Below, one piece after another: positions 24,804-39,327 of a stretch of DNA of 64,000 nt (positions are counted from its first letter, which is position 1; each line of letters opens with the position of its first letter). The stretch comes from Laetmonice hystrix (taxonomy: Eukaryota). The notes under the pieces were generated by a model. The model saw only the letters and a program-made list of their open reading frames with translations, had not been told where the DNA came from and did no database searches. The stretch lies in NCBI GenBank assembly GCA_965235115.1, contig OZ249437.1, positions 10,850,001 to 10,914,000 of the forward strand. Direction: 5' to 3'. Position numbers and translations under genes: made by a program.

Positions 24804-25839
24804 ACCTTGTTAATCCGAACTATCCAAGATTTGCGACCCGATCTTTCATCATTCACTGCAAAGCGATGTTTGGAGTTCTGATGTGTTTGACGTCTCACAG
24901 ACTTGAAACATAATCCCAGCCTGGTGAAAATTACCTAATGCCTACTCTTGCTCTGCTGCAATATTATGCCAGCACGTTCTTTTTGATTCGTGTCCGTCAT
25001 GACATTATTCTGACACATTTTCCTATTGAGACATGCTACCCAAGCGAAGTAGCGACTCGTCACAAGCCCTGAAGGAATCTTCATGCAGTTCAACCAAGTA
25101 CACGACCAGGCCGGCGTTCCATGTTCTAACCGATGTCATTTCTTTCAGACGCCGATTTCACTATGATCTGCAACAAGGCGTCTCTGTCTCCATATATGTT
25201 TTCAAACTGCTTTCTTTTTGACGACGATATACACAAAAGATGAACGCCAGTCATCTGTGTGTAACTTTCTGTATACAATTCGGGCTATACGGTTTTGTTT
25301 ACATTGCCTGGAGGTAACGTCTGTTAAGTTTTGTCTTGAAGGCATTGCTTTTCTTGCCGAGTACTTGTGGAGACCGCGTGTGGGTGTATTTGATCCGCGC
25401 GGCACAAGTTGTGTCAGGGCGGGGAGGGGGGGGGCGGTGGGACCCGTGACTCAAGGAGGCCATACCGTACCGCCCCCCGGGCCTGCCGTCACCGCCTGGT
25501 GTACGTTACCCGTGGATTATAGCGTGGTATGACCGGATCGGGTTGGGATAGAGATCTGATTATTGTTGTCATGCAAGGATCTGTCTACGCGATGCTGTCA
25601 CAGTTAGTTCCACTCTCTCAGCGTGACCCGCCACCTTTCATAGCACCCTAGCCCCACGTCAGGCTGAGAACACTCGCCCAGACTTGGCTTCATAGATTCT
25701 GTATGCTTAATTAACTCAATGCTGGACAAATCTCGGATTAGGCGGAGATAGAGATCACACGAGAAACCACTGAAATATACAGCGCCGTCAAATAAATCTT
25801 AAATTCTACAAATGTATAATGTTAGAGAAACGTTGATAC

Positions 25840-25948
25840 CTCTGTGAAGTCACCGCGCAGGCCCACGTAATAGATCTTGGTGGAGTCGGCGCCAAAATTG
25901 CGAGGGAAGTACATAGACAGATGTTGAATGCAGGAAAATCTTGCAACA
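25840..25948 (-). CDS. PITHD1: PITHD1 exon 5
   Basis: TTTCTTTCAG|T then VARFSCIQHLSMYFPRNFGADSTKIYYVGLRGDFTE; GAG|GTATCA. Confidence 0.94.
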
Positions 25949-26871
25949 CTGAAAGAAAAAAAATTAGGTATTTAGCCACACACGTCATAACTGACTGCCA
26001 CAATAGCGGAGGAATTCTCATATATTTAATTCAATCATTACTTATATAATCATTTTATCCAATTCATTCCAAAAAGTCCCGTATTTACTCACAGAGTTCT
26101 GTGATTGTGACATGTTAGTGGAAACTGTCATATTTGTAATTCGCTGACAAGATCAATCGCACACAGCTCCTGTTTAATGTATCCTCAAGTAAAAATTTTT
26201 TTTTTCTCTCTCTTTAGCCAATTTCCCTGAGATAGCCAATGCTGAAATTGTTGCCAGAGCCTTTGATGTGTCCATAATTGGGGTGACTATCAGGACCTAA
26301 TCAAGTTATCATTGATGACCCCACTCTGGTATGCCGACACACGAACCGCATGGAATCATGAAAAATATACCGACACGTAACGCAGACTCATTTAGAGTCA
26401 TTATCTAATTAACTAATCACATGATGGACATTAGGACATTGATACTATAAATCATGGGTTGATATAATGTACCGAACGCTATACTGTCTAAGGGCAATTC
26501 ATTCCCAACACATTCCGATGGCATTGTTTCGATTGGACGGTGCGTGCTGTGACCTTTCGGTAGGTAAAGTTCAAGTCTCGAGAGTTTTTATATGATATCT
26601 TTGCGACCTCTCTGGCATGCAATCTCAATTATGGCCCAATGATATGAACAAATATAAATTAATAATACAACATTGTTTTTTATCAATGTATACATCACTG
26701 AAGTATAACTAATGAATAACATGGTCGAAAATGTTTAAAAGATTGTGGTAACCATCTAATGAGGCAATTTACGACCAATAAAAGACCAAATCTATCATCC
26801 AAGTATCCTATTTAAAGACGACTTCTAAAGGCATTGAGTCTATATATGGTTCTAAGAACTGAGCTGTATGG

Positions 26872-26931
26872 TGCGTTGCGCTGCGTTGCGCCGCGTTGCG
26901 CTGCGTTGCGCTGCGTTGCTCTGCGTTGCGC
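26872..26931. repeat. (TGCGTTGCGC)6 short tandem repeat
   Basis: Six near-perfect 10-bp units. Confidence 0.9.
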
Positions 26932-29188
26932 ATTTCTCCAGACAGTATAAAGACACGCGCTGAGCGGCAATGTTTGCGTGTAATCTCAATTACGGTTGAC
27001 ACAGGGACCACAACATAAGGTCCGATCGTGTTGGTGTTTTCTATAGATCCCAGGCTGTTATGGCAACATTACAACGATCACGGCCCGCGGGGAGTTTGGA
27101 ATAACAGGAGTTGTTTTGGCTTTTAATTTATTCCCTCCCAATATACGCAGCGGCGTCTCAGCCCACATGCGATATGCGAGCGGTTCACTAAGTTCTGTTT
27201 CTCCTTCCCATCCCGTTCTGATCCTCTGACAACAATGGACTGTATCTCTTCCATCTCCTCATGCTTAGACTCCGCGCCAGCCATCTACGGCTTCCAAACA
27301 TCTACAAAGGCTGGCAGGATCGACTTGTCTTGGTAGGATTCGAACAGCCGGCGGCGGCACGCATCCAGACCGTGTTTGGGGAAGCGGTCCTCACAGCCGC
27401 ACCTTCCATGTCTCATGCGATCTCTCCTCTACATCCAGAAGTGGATTCCAGCTTCAAAGCCGCAGAAACCGAAGCACAGCACGGCATGGCGTCCATCGAC
27501 AATATTATTCTCTCTCCCACAAACACACACCGTTGTATGTTGTAAATCAACCGCTGCTTGTCAGATCAGTTGAAACATATTATCATAGAAAAAGTCAAGC
27601 GGAGATGACATGATTCCTCCTGTCTGCTTCGTTCAACCTTTCACGCGCGTCCGGCCATGTTAGAATTAGCACTGAATAACATTTCCGTGTATGGAATACA
27701 AAAGAATGCATTTCTTGCTCTTTTTGTTTTTATTATAACACTGGATTTAAAGAATACTTTGTAGGTCAAGACCATACTAATATATAATATACTTCTAAAG
27801 TGTCGTTATGGGGATGTTGGTATAGGACGTTTTTTGTATACTATCATTTATATAATGCGTGTTAAAAAATGTTACGCTATGATGGCATTAATGAATTCAC
27901 CAGTAAAATGAATCAATCCATCAATTAATCAATCAATAAATCAATCAAAAACTAAACAGATACGTAAATATATACATAAAACGGTAAAAGGAGATTGTAA
28001 AAGATTGTAAATGTTACTGGTTTTGAATGAATAGGGCACTTCCTTTTGAAATATCTGATTTTGAGATGTTTGATGTCTGTTTCAATGTGATATATGATTG
28101 TTATTTGTGGGTTGCTGTTTCAATGTGATATATTGTGATTGTTATTTGTGGGTTGAACGGATTGCGTTACGTGAGGCGTGTGGGGACGATGGAAGGTGAT
28201 TTCTGACACAAAAAGATCGTCAAGCAATACTGACACCGGGCCGTACCCCCCCCCCCCCCCCCCGGTAAGGGAACCGAGGCCCGTGCCCGCCGGACGTAAA
28301 ACAATAGAACGCTTGGCGCCCATGTCGGCTGTCATCGAGACGTGGCCGCCAATACTGAACTCCTCCCCACATCAACATCCGATAGCTTCCCCTGGGATGA
28401 GGTGACTTTCTCTCCCTCATCTCAATGAAACCTTGGCATGCCAACAGACTCATACCCTTAAGACATTCTCATTTGTAACCAGCAAATTAAGTTTTTATTT
28501 ACGCGTGTTTGTGATCTCATTACATTTGCCAAATGACACGACCGGTAGAGGGCGTCTCGGTCAGCCGTGCCGTAGAGATCGTCTGCGCTGGCGACGGTGT
28601 ATCACAGAACGGGAAGATCCAGGGATCACGGAGGGGGCGATAATATGTCTGGCTAACGGATCATCAACCAAAGATAGCTATGACTTTAAGGTATTGGCGG
28701 CCAAAGTTTGAACAAACTAAGAACAAGTTCACCGGGGCTATAATGGCTCCGCTGAATGTGGAAACATATCCTAGGGGTTACCGTTACACGGGAGACTGGT
28801 AAAAAAAACCAGTAAGGCCACTCTATACCCAGCACTACAGATAGTTCAACTCTCGCTATGGGATAGTGATGAAACTGGTGTTGCTCAGGATGAATACGGA
28901 TTAGTTGCTAACCTCACATCGAAAATAAGGAGATGAGGGGAAATATATCAATGTTCTAGGTTATGAAGTCATGAAGATAATACGGAGATGGAGATTGCAA
29001 TAGTCAAGTCTACAGTGAGGTGATGAGACTGGTGAAGAAAACTGGAGTAACCGGGAAAATCTACAAGCACAGCAAGCACAACTAACCAACATTCTCACTT
29101 TAAGCAGATCTGAACCCAGCGGCGAGGGTTATCATTATCATTGCTGTCTCAAAATAAACACCAAGCAGTTTTTTTTAATTATACTTAC

Positions 29189-29293
29189 TTGGTTTTATAC
29201 TCGAGTGACCCCTGATGGTCTGGAGACAGATCAAACTCCTGATCGGCCTTGGAGCCAGTGTCATCGAAGGTCATGTTGGGTCGGTTTTTGTAT
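29189..29293 (-). CDS. PITHD1: PITHD1 exon 4
   Basis: TTCAG|A then YKNRPNMTFDDTGSKADQEFDLSPDHQGSLEYKT; AA|GTAAGT. Confidence 0.95.
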
Positions 29294-29296
29294 CTG

Positions 29297-29724
29297 AATT
29301 TAAAACACCATGGCAGAGAGGATGAGACCAGGCCATTTTAAATTAAACACCATGGCAGAAAGGAAGAGACCAGGCCATTTTAAATTAAAACACCATGGCA
29401 GAGAGGATGAGACCAGGCCATTTTAAATTAAACACCATGGCAGAGAGGATGAGACCAGGCCATTTTAAATTAAAACACCATGGCAGAGAGGATGAGACCA
29501 GGTCATTTTAAATTAAAACACCATGGCAGAGAGGATGAGACCAGGCCATTTTAAATTAAAACACCATGGCAGAGAGGATGAGACCAGGCCATTTTAAATT
29601 AAAACACCATGGCAGAGAGGATGAGACCAGGCCATTTTAAATTAAAACACCATGGCAGAGAGGATGAGACCAGGCCATTTTAAATTAAAACACCATGGCA
29701 GAGAGGATGAGACCAGGCCATTTT
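29297..29724. repeat. 43-bp minisatellite, ~10 copies, abutting the PITHD1 exon 4 acceptor
   Basis: Unit TTTTAAATTAAAACACCATGGCAGAGAGGATGAGACCAGGCCA. Confidence 0.96.
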
Positions 29725-31790
29725 TCATTTACAAATCTATCATATTAAACGCGAGTCTAAGAAATTTCAGAATACTCAATCGTGTCCTTACACTTTATAA
29801 CTCTACCCTTAAAACAAGTTTCTTTGAAACAATTTTCCTTGAAATCGCTTTCGACTACGGTGACAAAGTTTGCGAATTAAGCATTGGAAAGGTTACAGGT
29901 ACGGTTTAGACTTTTAATGTCTAACCTAAAGACATCTTAGCAAGGGTTAGAGATCCAAATAATTTTTATGTCGGTAAAATATGGCAGATGCTTATTATTC
30001 AAATAATCGGAATTGATGTCGTTGTCTTGTCGTTGATTTCTGGCGTTGTTTGTTTTTGTTTTTTGTTGTGTTTTTTTTTGTCTTTCCTTTTTCTTTTTTT
30101 CAGCTCATCAGTTTTAATATGTGATCCACTTCTGTCTCTGTGATTTTTGTTTGTTGTTCTTTTTCTATGCACGCAAAGTGGGCCTTTTTTCTGTTTGCAC
30201 ACTGTTCAACAGACCAGGTTCGTGTTCATTTGAAGTGGTTGTCAGGCTGCAGGTATAGACTATCATTTAGGAAGTTTTTAGGCACGTGCGGCTTTGGGCG
30301 ATTCCTTGAGGCCGCACATGTTGGGTGAGCGGGGCACACGCCAGGGACGCACAGACAGACAGTGCCGCACGCGGCCCACTCGGCCGCCAACTGACGTGGC
30401 ACAGGTGCCGTTTCCGTGTCGATCCCTGTTTTCGGTTCAGCATGGTCGGCCAGCTACAATAAGGACGACCGCCACGGCCAACCCGGAAAAAACTTTGTGT
30501 ATATACACCGAGTATCTTAGAAAAAAAAGTATACACGAGTGTCGCTCGCCCTGGCGCTGCCAGACATGCAGAGGGGCCGGTGTGCCCACCACCCTTTTTT
30601 TTTTTTTTTATTTGGAGGGGGGGCGTACGAGTTCAATGTAGGCCTACAAATGTTGTATAGTTTTTTCCTATCGTTTTCCGAAATCACCCCCTACTCAGTA
30701 GTTGGTATATATTTCTGGTCTAGTTTTTGGCCCCACAGTTTTATATTTGTTGAGTCAAGTTGTGGGCACAAGAAATGACAGATACTCCCACTGACTACTG
30801 CTCCCTCTACAGGGAGAACGATAAACTATCCTCATGCTGTCAATAACACTCAGGGAACCCCCCCCCCCCCCCCCATCGTCTAGACCCAGCGCAGCAATGA
30901 CGTACTCTTTTCTACAGCTTTAAATCTTGCATTTATAAAAAAAAATTATAATTTATTTTTTTTAATCAAATAAACCAATCAACTGCAGGCGTAAAACAAC
31001 GGGAAACATTGAACCAAGAGTGTCCCTCGCCCTTTATGAAGCTCTCAAAACATCGGTAAAAAATAAACATAAATAATTTTATTTGCCAATATTCTAACCC
31101 CCTTTCAACCCGCTACGCCCTTGTTACTGCGTCATAGGCTACATGACAGGTATTTGGAGAAAAAATAAAGAATTCTTGTTTTTACCTTCAGTTAGCAATC
31201 TTTGTTCTAACTGTTCTATAGGATCTCTTTATCTTTTAAAAGCGCTATACTGAATTAAAAAATACTAGGGACACCGTCCTTCTGTTTATTGTATATATCT
31301 GTGACTTCTTACTGGTTCTCTCGCGGTAAGGGTACAGATTCTACTTTCGTCTGATCCTCGTCGGGGAACGCGCTTTTAGTCGCGCGCCACCTGTTGGGGC
31401 AAGCTCGAACTATAGTGCGTGGCGGTTACCATGTGAGACTGAATGAAAAGTCAAAACCGTTTTCCGCAACAGCAAAAACTGGTCATCATTCCTAAAACTA
31501 CATGCTCTCCCACTCAGTGGAACTCAATATCACAACACTGGCTAAGGAAGATACAACACTTCACGCGAATGGGTAACAAAGCCTTCAGCTTAAACCCACA
31601 AATTCCCAGCGGCAGTCAAACGTAGAAGCACTATCATTCACGTCTTAGTGCATCTAACCCAGCCCCAACCCTAACTCCTCATCTCCCCTACTCACCCACT
31701 ATACACGGGCCAGAAGAGAACACTTTTTCTCCCTTAGAATATTTAGACTACCAGTCCTGTTAACAGATCCACAGGAGGTGTGTTTTTAGG

Positions 31791-32497
31791 ATGATTCTGA
31801 TTTCCTTATGATTCTGATTTCCTCATGATTCTCATTTCCTTATGATTCTGACTTCCTTATGATTATGCTTCCCTTATAATTATGATTTCCTTACGATTAT
31901 GATTTCCTTACGATTATGATTTCCTTATGATTCTGATTTCCTTATGATTCTGATTTCCTTATGATTATGATTTCCTTATGATTATGCTTCCCTTATAATT
32001 ATGATTTCCTTATGATTATGATTTCCTTACAATTATGATTTCCTTACAATTATGATTTCCTTATGATTCTGATTTCCTTACGATTATGATTTCCTTATAA
32101 TTATGATTTCCTTATAATTATGATTTCCTTATGATTGTGATTTCCTTATAATTCTGATTTCTTATGATTATGATTCCTTATGATTATGATTTCATTGATT
32201 ATGATTTCCTTATGATTATGATTTCCATACGATTATGATTCCCTTATGATTATGATTTCATTACGATTATGATTTCCTTATAATTATGATTTCCTTATGA
32301 TTATGATTTCCTTACGATTATGATTTCCTTATAATTATGATTTCCTTATAATTATGATTTCCTTATGATTGTGATTTCCTTATAATTCTGATTTCCTTAT
32401 AATTATGATTCCTTATGATTCTGATTTCATTGATTATGATTTCCTTATGATTATGATTTCCATACGATTATGATTTCCTTATGATTATGATTTCATT
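31791..32497. repeat. 17-bp AT-rich minisatellite, ~40 copies
   Basis: Unit TTATGATTTCCTTATGA; ends ~14 bp from the PITHD1 exon 3 donor. Confidence 0.96.
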
Positions 32498-32516
32498 ACC
32501 AACACGGTAAACTTAC

Positions 32517-32594
32517 AGTTTAACAGCAGCTGGGTGAGTATCGTCTTCGCCACCAATGATAATCACACCTTTCAATTTCACGTTCCCGGTAAAC
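32517..32594 (-). CDS. PITHD1: PITHD1 exon 3
   Basis: CCTGACAG|G then FTGNVKLKGVIIIGGEDDTHPAAVK; CT|GTAAGT; FTGNVKLKG is a conserved PITH motif. Confidence 0.96.
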
Positions 32595-35500
32595 CTGTCA
32601 GGAAAAAAAGGAAACTCCTTAAGTGACTGAATCTCTGCAATAATACGTCAGGCACTGTACCATATTTCCCATTTTCAATGTGTATATTTAAGTCCACACA
32701 CAAAAATTTAAATACACATTAACTTTTTTTTACTGCTGTTAATAAATATTTGTGTTCTAGATATAATCACCTAAAATATGGCGGAAAAAGTCGTTCTACT
32801 TGGATACAGTAAATTGACAATGTTACCGACACAAAATATCGTCTTCTATAATAATCATGCACCTTATCTATAGGTAGTCCATAATAAAAATATTGAGTGC
32901 TAACCCGTAACAACAGCCCCCCCCCCCCCCACCAGGCTGCTAAGTGTTATTTTCTGTGCACTTCGAGAGTATGTTTTTCCTGAGTTATGCGATGCTTGTC
33001 AATGTTCTACTGCCCTAAAACCACTTCCCCTTTATCCTCCCATCACTAATGCATAAACTGACAAAATATACGCACAATTTATGGTTAAGAAATATTGCTA
33101 CATTTTTATCACTTTTTATCAGCTACAATTTTGGAGTCTTTATCTACTTTAGATAGTAGAGTTCACCGTTGAATAAAAGGTCTGTCTATTCCTGCTCATA
33201 AATTCCCGAAACTACTCCGGTGATTTTTACACAAATGTGACTTCATCAGCTCATAGTTAACCTTATAATGAGGACCTATATTATTACACAGTAATTTAAC
33301 TCTTGAAATCGTCACCTAATTTCATTTAGATCTATTTCAATTGCTTCTTCATTAAGAAATTCGTTATCACCTAGGCCTAACCCCCTTTATAATACCTTAT
33401 GATTAATGCTGGCTTTACTCACTGAAGCTGCCCAAAATGTGCTAACCACTGCCCTAACGTTGAGGGCCAGGGCAGTCTAAACCACGAGCTGAGAGTACCA
33501 AATAAAAGCCATTACTATACTGCCCACCCCCCACCCCCGTCCATTATGTGTTATAAACGGGCGGTCACCACGACCCACTCGAAGCCACGAGTATTAGCGG
33601 TCACACAGACAGCCGACTCGGTAGATCTCAATGCGTCCGTAACCGGTATAGGGGGCGCCACCATCAATGACAAGTTTTTAAATACGGCAGAAACCGCTGT
33701 CGACTCGACACGCCGCATATACCGTGGTGGCAGCACTGCATAGAGCATGGAAAACAGCCACCAACCCGGCAGGGTAGGTGGTCTGGCAAACAATGCAGAG
33801 ATACTATCTGGAGTTGGCTTGCAGCTACACAAGACTTCGTGAACAGGGCGCCCGAAACTGACAACAATAAGGACAAGAGAATAGATCTACTTGGCTATGT
33901 GTCGACTCTTGTTGTTCGTAAGCATTCTTAAAATGAAAGCTGTTACTGCTAGGTTTAACTCCAGCCCATAGACTGGGGAGGTGTGTCTGTGTCGGGGGAG
34001 TGGGGGGGGGGGGGGGTACTCGAAACGTACAGTGCTATCAAAGGTCCGGTCAAGATAACTGATAAGACACGGCTCAGTCAAGGTTCGAGTCGCCAAAAGA
34101 GGGCAGCACGATCGGCGGCCATATGCCTACGTCCTGCAGTTGGCCTGTCTGTGGAAAGGTTTTTCTTCACTCGCAAGAAATACAAATGTATGACTCAGAA
34201 ACCCGTCCTCCATCTTTTTGTTGAACTACCGTCGTTCAAATATCCGCTTTTTAATCCGACAATCTCCTGGCTGCAAACAAACAAGTTTGGCCGAAATCGG
34301 ACTGGCCGACTGGTGTGTCTCTGACTGGTAACTGACTCACCAAACTGTCTGTGACTGCGCCGATGACGAACAGACAGTCGCACAGGGTGACTAATAGCCG
34401 TGACTATGGTAACACCATTCCAGTCATGGTTCAGACTTTTAAACAGACATTTCTGTGTTCAGCTGACAGAAAACTTGACCATGATTACTGATTAATACCA
34501 GGGCTTGCTTGGGTAGCAATACGGACACGTTCACAGAACGTTGGCCTTGCCTATATCTAATAATACCATCCTAGATCTGTTTGGGATAAAACCTCTTCAC
34601 CGAATCGTGCGAGTTCAAATCACATCCTAATTTTGTTTGAAAAATTAGTTTCATTTCATTCCAGTTGTATTTTCTTGCCGGAGCCATGGTAACGCGGTAA
34701 CCAAGCACATTAAGTCCAAACTTGCACGGTGCTGTTTTCGTCACCAGGTGTCAGCACTGTGGCTACCTTGCCATTCAGTCAGTTAACGAGTGCGCCGGGT
34801 GTACACGGTGCACTGGCTTCTATTTTAGACGGTCTGACAATTATATGTACACTGTCTGTGAGGGGCGAGTAGGATCGGTCGACTCGGACAGGTGGCAGCA
34901 CTGCATGCCAACACACGACCACCTGTTCTGAGATACTTACACACTTTTATCTTAGGTTCTACGGAATCTACCTTCCTATGTTACTGTAATATCACCTCTC
35001 TGTGGAACTCACCCGGAGAGGTAGAACTATGGATGATATAGAGAAGCGTAATGCTGACATACTTTTGGTGAATTGTCATGTATTATTTGATATTCTTGAC
35101 ATAGTTCCAAGCTCCCGGGCTGCCATAAAATAAAATTACAGTGCTCAAGTTTTCACCTAAATTATTATAGGTATACATATATAAATTAGGTTAGCTATAA
35201 ACGGACAAGGGAACCCACTTTCTAAGGCAAGGAAATGTCTCATCATTCTGTAGTAAGAAAACCTGTTACCACAGTGAACGCCACTATTCTTGGAATAGAC
35301 TGGTCAAAGCGAATTATATCCTACCATGCATTTGTTTGCAATTTTTGATAACCTCTTTTCATTTTAGCAGAAAATCTGCCAATTTCTGAAGTCCAGTATT
35401 TTCCCTTGCTCCCCAATACGACATCTGCAGTTTTAAAAAGATGTCTCTATTGCAGCGCATGTAACAAAGCCTAGGGTTGCCTAGGCCTGCATGGTGTGGA

Positions 35501-36627
35501 GTAAGTTTTTCAGTTTGGCCAATCAGTCTGTGGACAACACAGAGTGGCAGTCTAAGTTATACTAGATGGTTCAGAAGGAGACTACAAACAATCCACGGCA
35601 GACTATTAACAATATTTATCGATTACTGTCAGCTTACCTGTCACATATTTCCGTTGTTTGTATTAAATATTTCAGCAATATTAGGTTCTGTCGATGTATT
35701 CAATGTTATCAGATATTACAGTTTAGAGCCTTATTTACGTGTACCACTGTAACCGACGATGTCAATTCAAGATCATAAGATTTGTTTGATAAAATCTAAG
35801 ATTTTTTCAATGGTTTCACCTTTAAACAGTTGAACTGATATCTATATATTTGACCTCCCTCCTTCTAGTGGAAGCTATTATCTCACATTGATATAAGGAA
35901 CATAAACTGTGATCCTCCGTACATGAAGAAAGTTCCTATCCTTTCTCTAAGGTCGTGTATCTATTAGGGATGACACACAATGCATGACTCATACCAGTGT
36001 CTACATGATCAACTTTGATGGAAAACATATGCCACTTCTTTTCGGGAATCTTTCAATTCATACAACATTGTTACTCCCATTTGCAACAACCATCAGTTCA
36101 TGTCCACTAATGTTGATATAATAATATTATGACTCATGTATAAGGCCTGTGCCAACCACTTTATTTCAAATGAGATCTCACGAATTATCAAAACAATGCG
36201 ATCCTGAAGCAAAGTCCGGTTTCAGTATACTACTTATTACAAAGAAGCTGTATTATCCTTTAGGCCTATAATACCAGTCGGCACAATACACAATACCTGC
36301 ACTGCTACCCTTGACTTAAAACTAGCTCGGTAAATATGTAATTAAAAATCTTAAAGCTATTAAGTTACTGTATAAGATCACGAAGTAGGACCTTGTTAAT
36401 GCACTCTGTACATTTAATCAGAATAGAACCTGATACTTGTCGGGAACGTGTCACCAAAAAAATGGACCAACGTTTATATACATTATGATGATTATGATAA
36501 AAGTGCCATTTCAGAGCGATTTCCTTTATGATAGCTGGGAATAGGCTAACATTAACAATTAATGATGACTTAAGCAATGTTGTATGACCACTGAATGACC
36601 ACTAAAGGATATTGGAATAATACTTAC

Positions 36628-36671
36628 GGAATATTAAGGAGTAGTTCTTCATCTGTGTCACTCTCGACAAA
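36628..36671 (-). CDS. PITHD1: PITHD1 exon 2
   Basis: CTAG| FVESDTDEELLLNI; CC|GTAAGT. Confidence 0.95.
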
Positions 36672-37308
36672 CTAGAAGTAGACATGAGAGTTTTTTCTAG
36701 GAATGCGTTTAGGGGGAAGACATCTATTTTCTATATTACATGTATATTATATCCCCTAAGCTATATACCCCTACCTTCAGCAATGTACTCTAGACCCTAG
36801 AGTGCTTTGGCAGGGCGTATACATGCTCAAACTACTCTGGTTTGAGTGCAAATCAGCCTACGCTCAGATGACTACCCTGCCGACCTCTACAGTACCCTCT
36901 GCCATAGAACAAATTTGTTTCATAGCACAGATCAGCACATGTCACCCCAAATGATAGCTTTCCCTCCAGCTTAAATGAGCTAGCATCCCCGCTCCACACA
37001 GAATAGGAAGTTTCTCTACATCTTGATATGCCATGTGTCCCTGCCGATAATCGTGTATTGCAGGGGCATAGAAAGGTGGCTAGCATGGGGGCGGCAACAT
37101 TTTGAAATTTAAGTTATTACCAGTGCATCTTAGAGCACAAAATAAGGTCTGAAATGACATCTTTTTCTGGACTATGCCTCAGAGCCCCTAACTTTGCTTG
37201 ATTCTTCTGTCAAAAACACCCACTGCAAACATTAAAATAAAAGTCAGACAAGTTTCAGGACTCCCCCCCCCCACTTTCAGAAGGCTTTAAAAGGAACTGA
37301 CTCCCATG

Positions 37309-37457
37309 CAGTGGTGTAGGAAGCTGGGGGCAGAGGGGGCTGCTGCCCCCCAATATTTATAAAATAACCGCAGGCTCAATGCAGAGTCACAGGCATAAGT
37401 CATTGTGACGTCACTTCTGCCCCCCCCCCCCAATATTTTTTTCATCCTACACCACTG
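37309..37457. mobile_element. MITE, CAGTGGTGTAGG...CCTACACCACTG, probable 5-bp TSD
   Basis: Perfect 12-bp TIR; flanks CCATG / CCGTG (4 of 5 match). Confidence 0.75.
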
Positions 37458-37917
37458 CCGTGGGTGGGGTAGTGTTTTAAGCGTGGGTAGTGTTTTGAGA
37501 TTTCTAGGGATAGTGCTTTGAGCGGGACAGTAGTGCTTTGGGTATACCCCCAAACCTCTACTGTAGTGGTTTGAGCATAAGCTCAAAACATTCCGGTAGT
37601 GGTTTGAGCGGGGTAGTGATTTGAGGGTGTTACAACGGTTCTAGTACCCGGTACTGACTAGTGACTACATGTACTCGGTCTACTGACTGTGTACTGGCGG
37701 TAGCTGAGTTAACTTAGTGAGTAGTGGTTGTCAATCATCTCTGACTCTACCCTAAAATTCAGCAAAAGCTATACAGATTAACTTTTTAATTTTATTTTAG
37801 GTAGGCATCATAAATAAGTTCTATAATTTTACTTTTGACAAGTTTGCTGGAGGGACTGTACTTTCTAGGTTTGTTTTGGTTGGGACCGGCTGAGCGTGAG
37901 CGATAATAGGTGCAAAC

Positions 37918-38112
37918 CTTCTCAGTGTCAAGCCTTTGATCCCACGGCTTAAAGACATCTTTGCCTGATCCATCTCTTACTTCATTCAGGCACTGCACCT
38001 GGTCTTTGTTTATCTTCAGATACAGGTTGAATTGGTTGCCCCTTTCTGCCCCATCCAGATCATCGTGACCGTGTGAGTGGCCACCACACCCGTGACTGTG
38101 CCTATGCGACAT
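37918..38112 (-). CDS. PITHD1: PITHD1 exon 1
   Basis: MSHRHSHGCGGHSHG...LYLKINKDQVQCLNEVRDGSGKDVFKPWDQRLDTEK; AAG|GTTTGC; six exons total 633 nt = 210 aa with all phases consistent. Confidence 0.95.
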
Positions 38113-39327
38113 TGCGACATCCGTATTGGTTTACGGCAGTAAGTTTAGTCATGTCGCAAAAGTTTTGCCGCCAGGTTCCCGCGCCGGAGATGGATAACTT
38201 CACTTGAAACTTGCGTAGGAACCGGGTGCAAATAGGCCTATAATGTTTTTGCCCCCTCCCCCCAGTTTTAGACCCAGAATTTTCAATATCCGCTTAAATT
38301 CTGCTACAGACCTCAACTTATCTAAATGCCTTTGAGAAACTTCACTTTATTTCTATCTGCTGGGAAATATTTAGAAATTTTGGCCCAATCATCCCCAAAG
38401 CGGAAAGGCAAACCCGAGCCATGTATAGGACCTAGGCCGAAGCTATATCTCCCTGTAACTTTGTCTTCTTTTCTTTAAAAAAAAGAAGCTGACGGCCGAG
38501 GCTAAACCTAGAATAAAATCTCTCACAGACCAATTCCCTTATATTGCTGCAACCAGCCATATAGACTTGATTTCTTCCACCGTCCTGTAGGCCTACCATT
38601 TAGATTAGGAAGTCCACGTTAAATATAGACCATAGGCCTATACCGCTATCTTGTCTGTTTGTCTACCTCTTCAACAGTTTTCGGTTACATAATTATAGCC
38701 TAGATCTAAGTTCTAACCAGTATGCCATTTGGTCGAGATAGAAACGAGAGGCCTGTGTAGGCCATATAGGCCTATACATACAGGCCCCATGTTCATAAAA
38801 CAGACAGTTTATAGGTCCTATACCTAGAATTGCACAAAATCGAAATCAGCAGTACCACTTTCATCAACGCCGTGGCACAAAGCCCTATAGACAAGCTTAG
38901 GCCTACGTGTGAATGTCAATTGTTCCAAGCACGTGTGCATTCCTAGTTTCTGTTTGATGTGTTTCAATCAAGGTACGATGACGAGTGCCAATACACGTGT
39001 TGTTAGCTGGCGACTGGACGTGTGTATTGGCCGGCATAATGACTGGCCGTGTTATAATTCCAACAGATCCCTCAATACATTCACGGTGTTTATGATGGCC
39101 GCCGCCTTCTGTCGAGTGTCGTCACCAATCACCGACATCAAAGGCGGACAGCAATGGTCGCTTCCAAGGCCTTAACAAGGGATGGATTAGTTACTTGGCT
39201 CCATTGAAATCTGTCAGAGTCCTGTGGCTGGCATTGTTTGAACCCCTGCAATCGGGCTAATACTGTACGCCCCACCCCACCCACACCCCGCCCCCCATCC
39301 TCGGACTCGCGATCACTTGTAACTATA

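Noticed and set aside
24800-24900. THAP-like HRFAVNDERSGRKSWIVRINK on the minus strand
   Set aside because: No C2CH ligands and no ORF context; likely chance
25820-25839. PITHD1 ending by read-through of exon 5 (EVSTFL*)
   Set aside because: A well-conserved terminal exon exists at 21394-21495 in the correct phase
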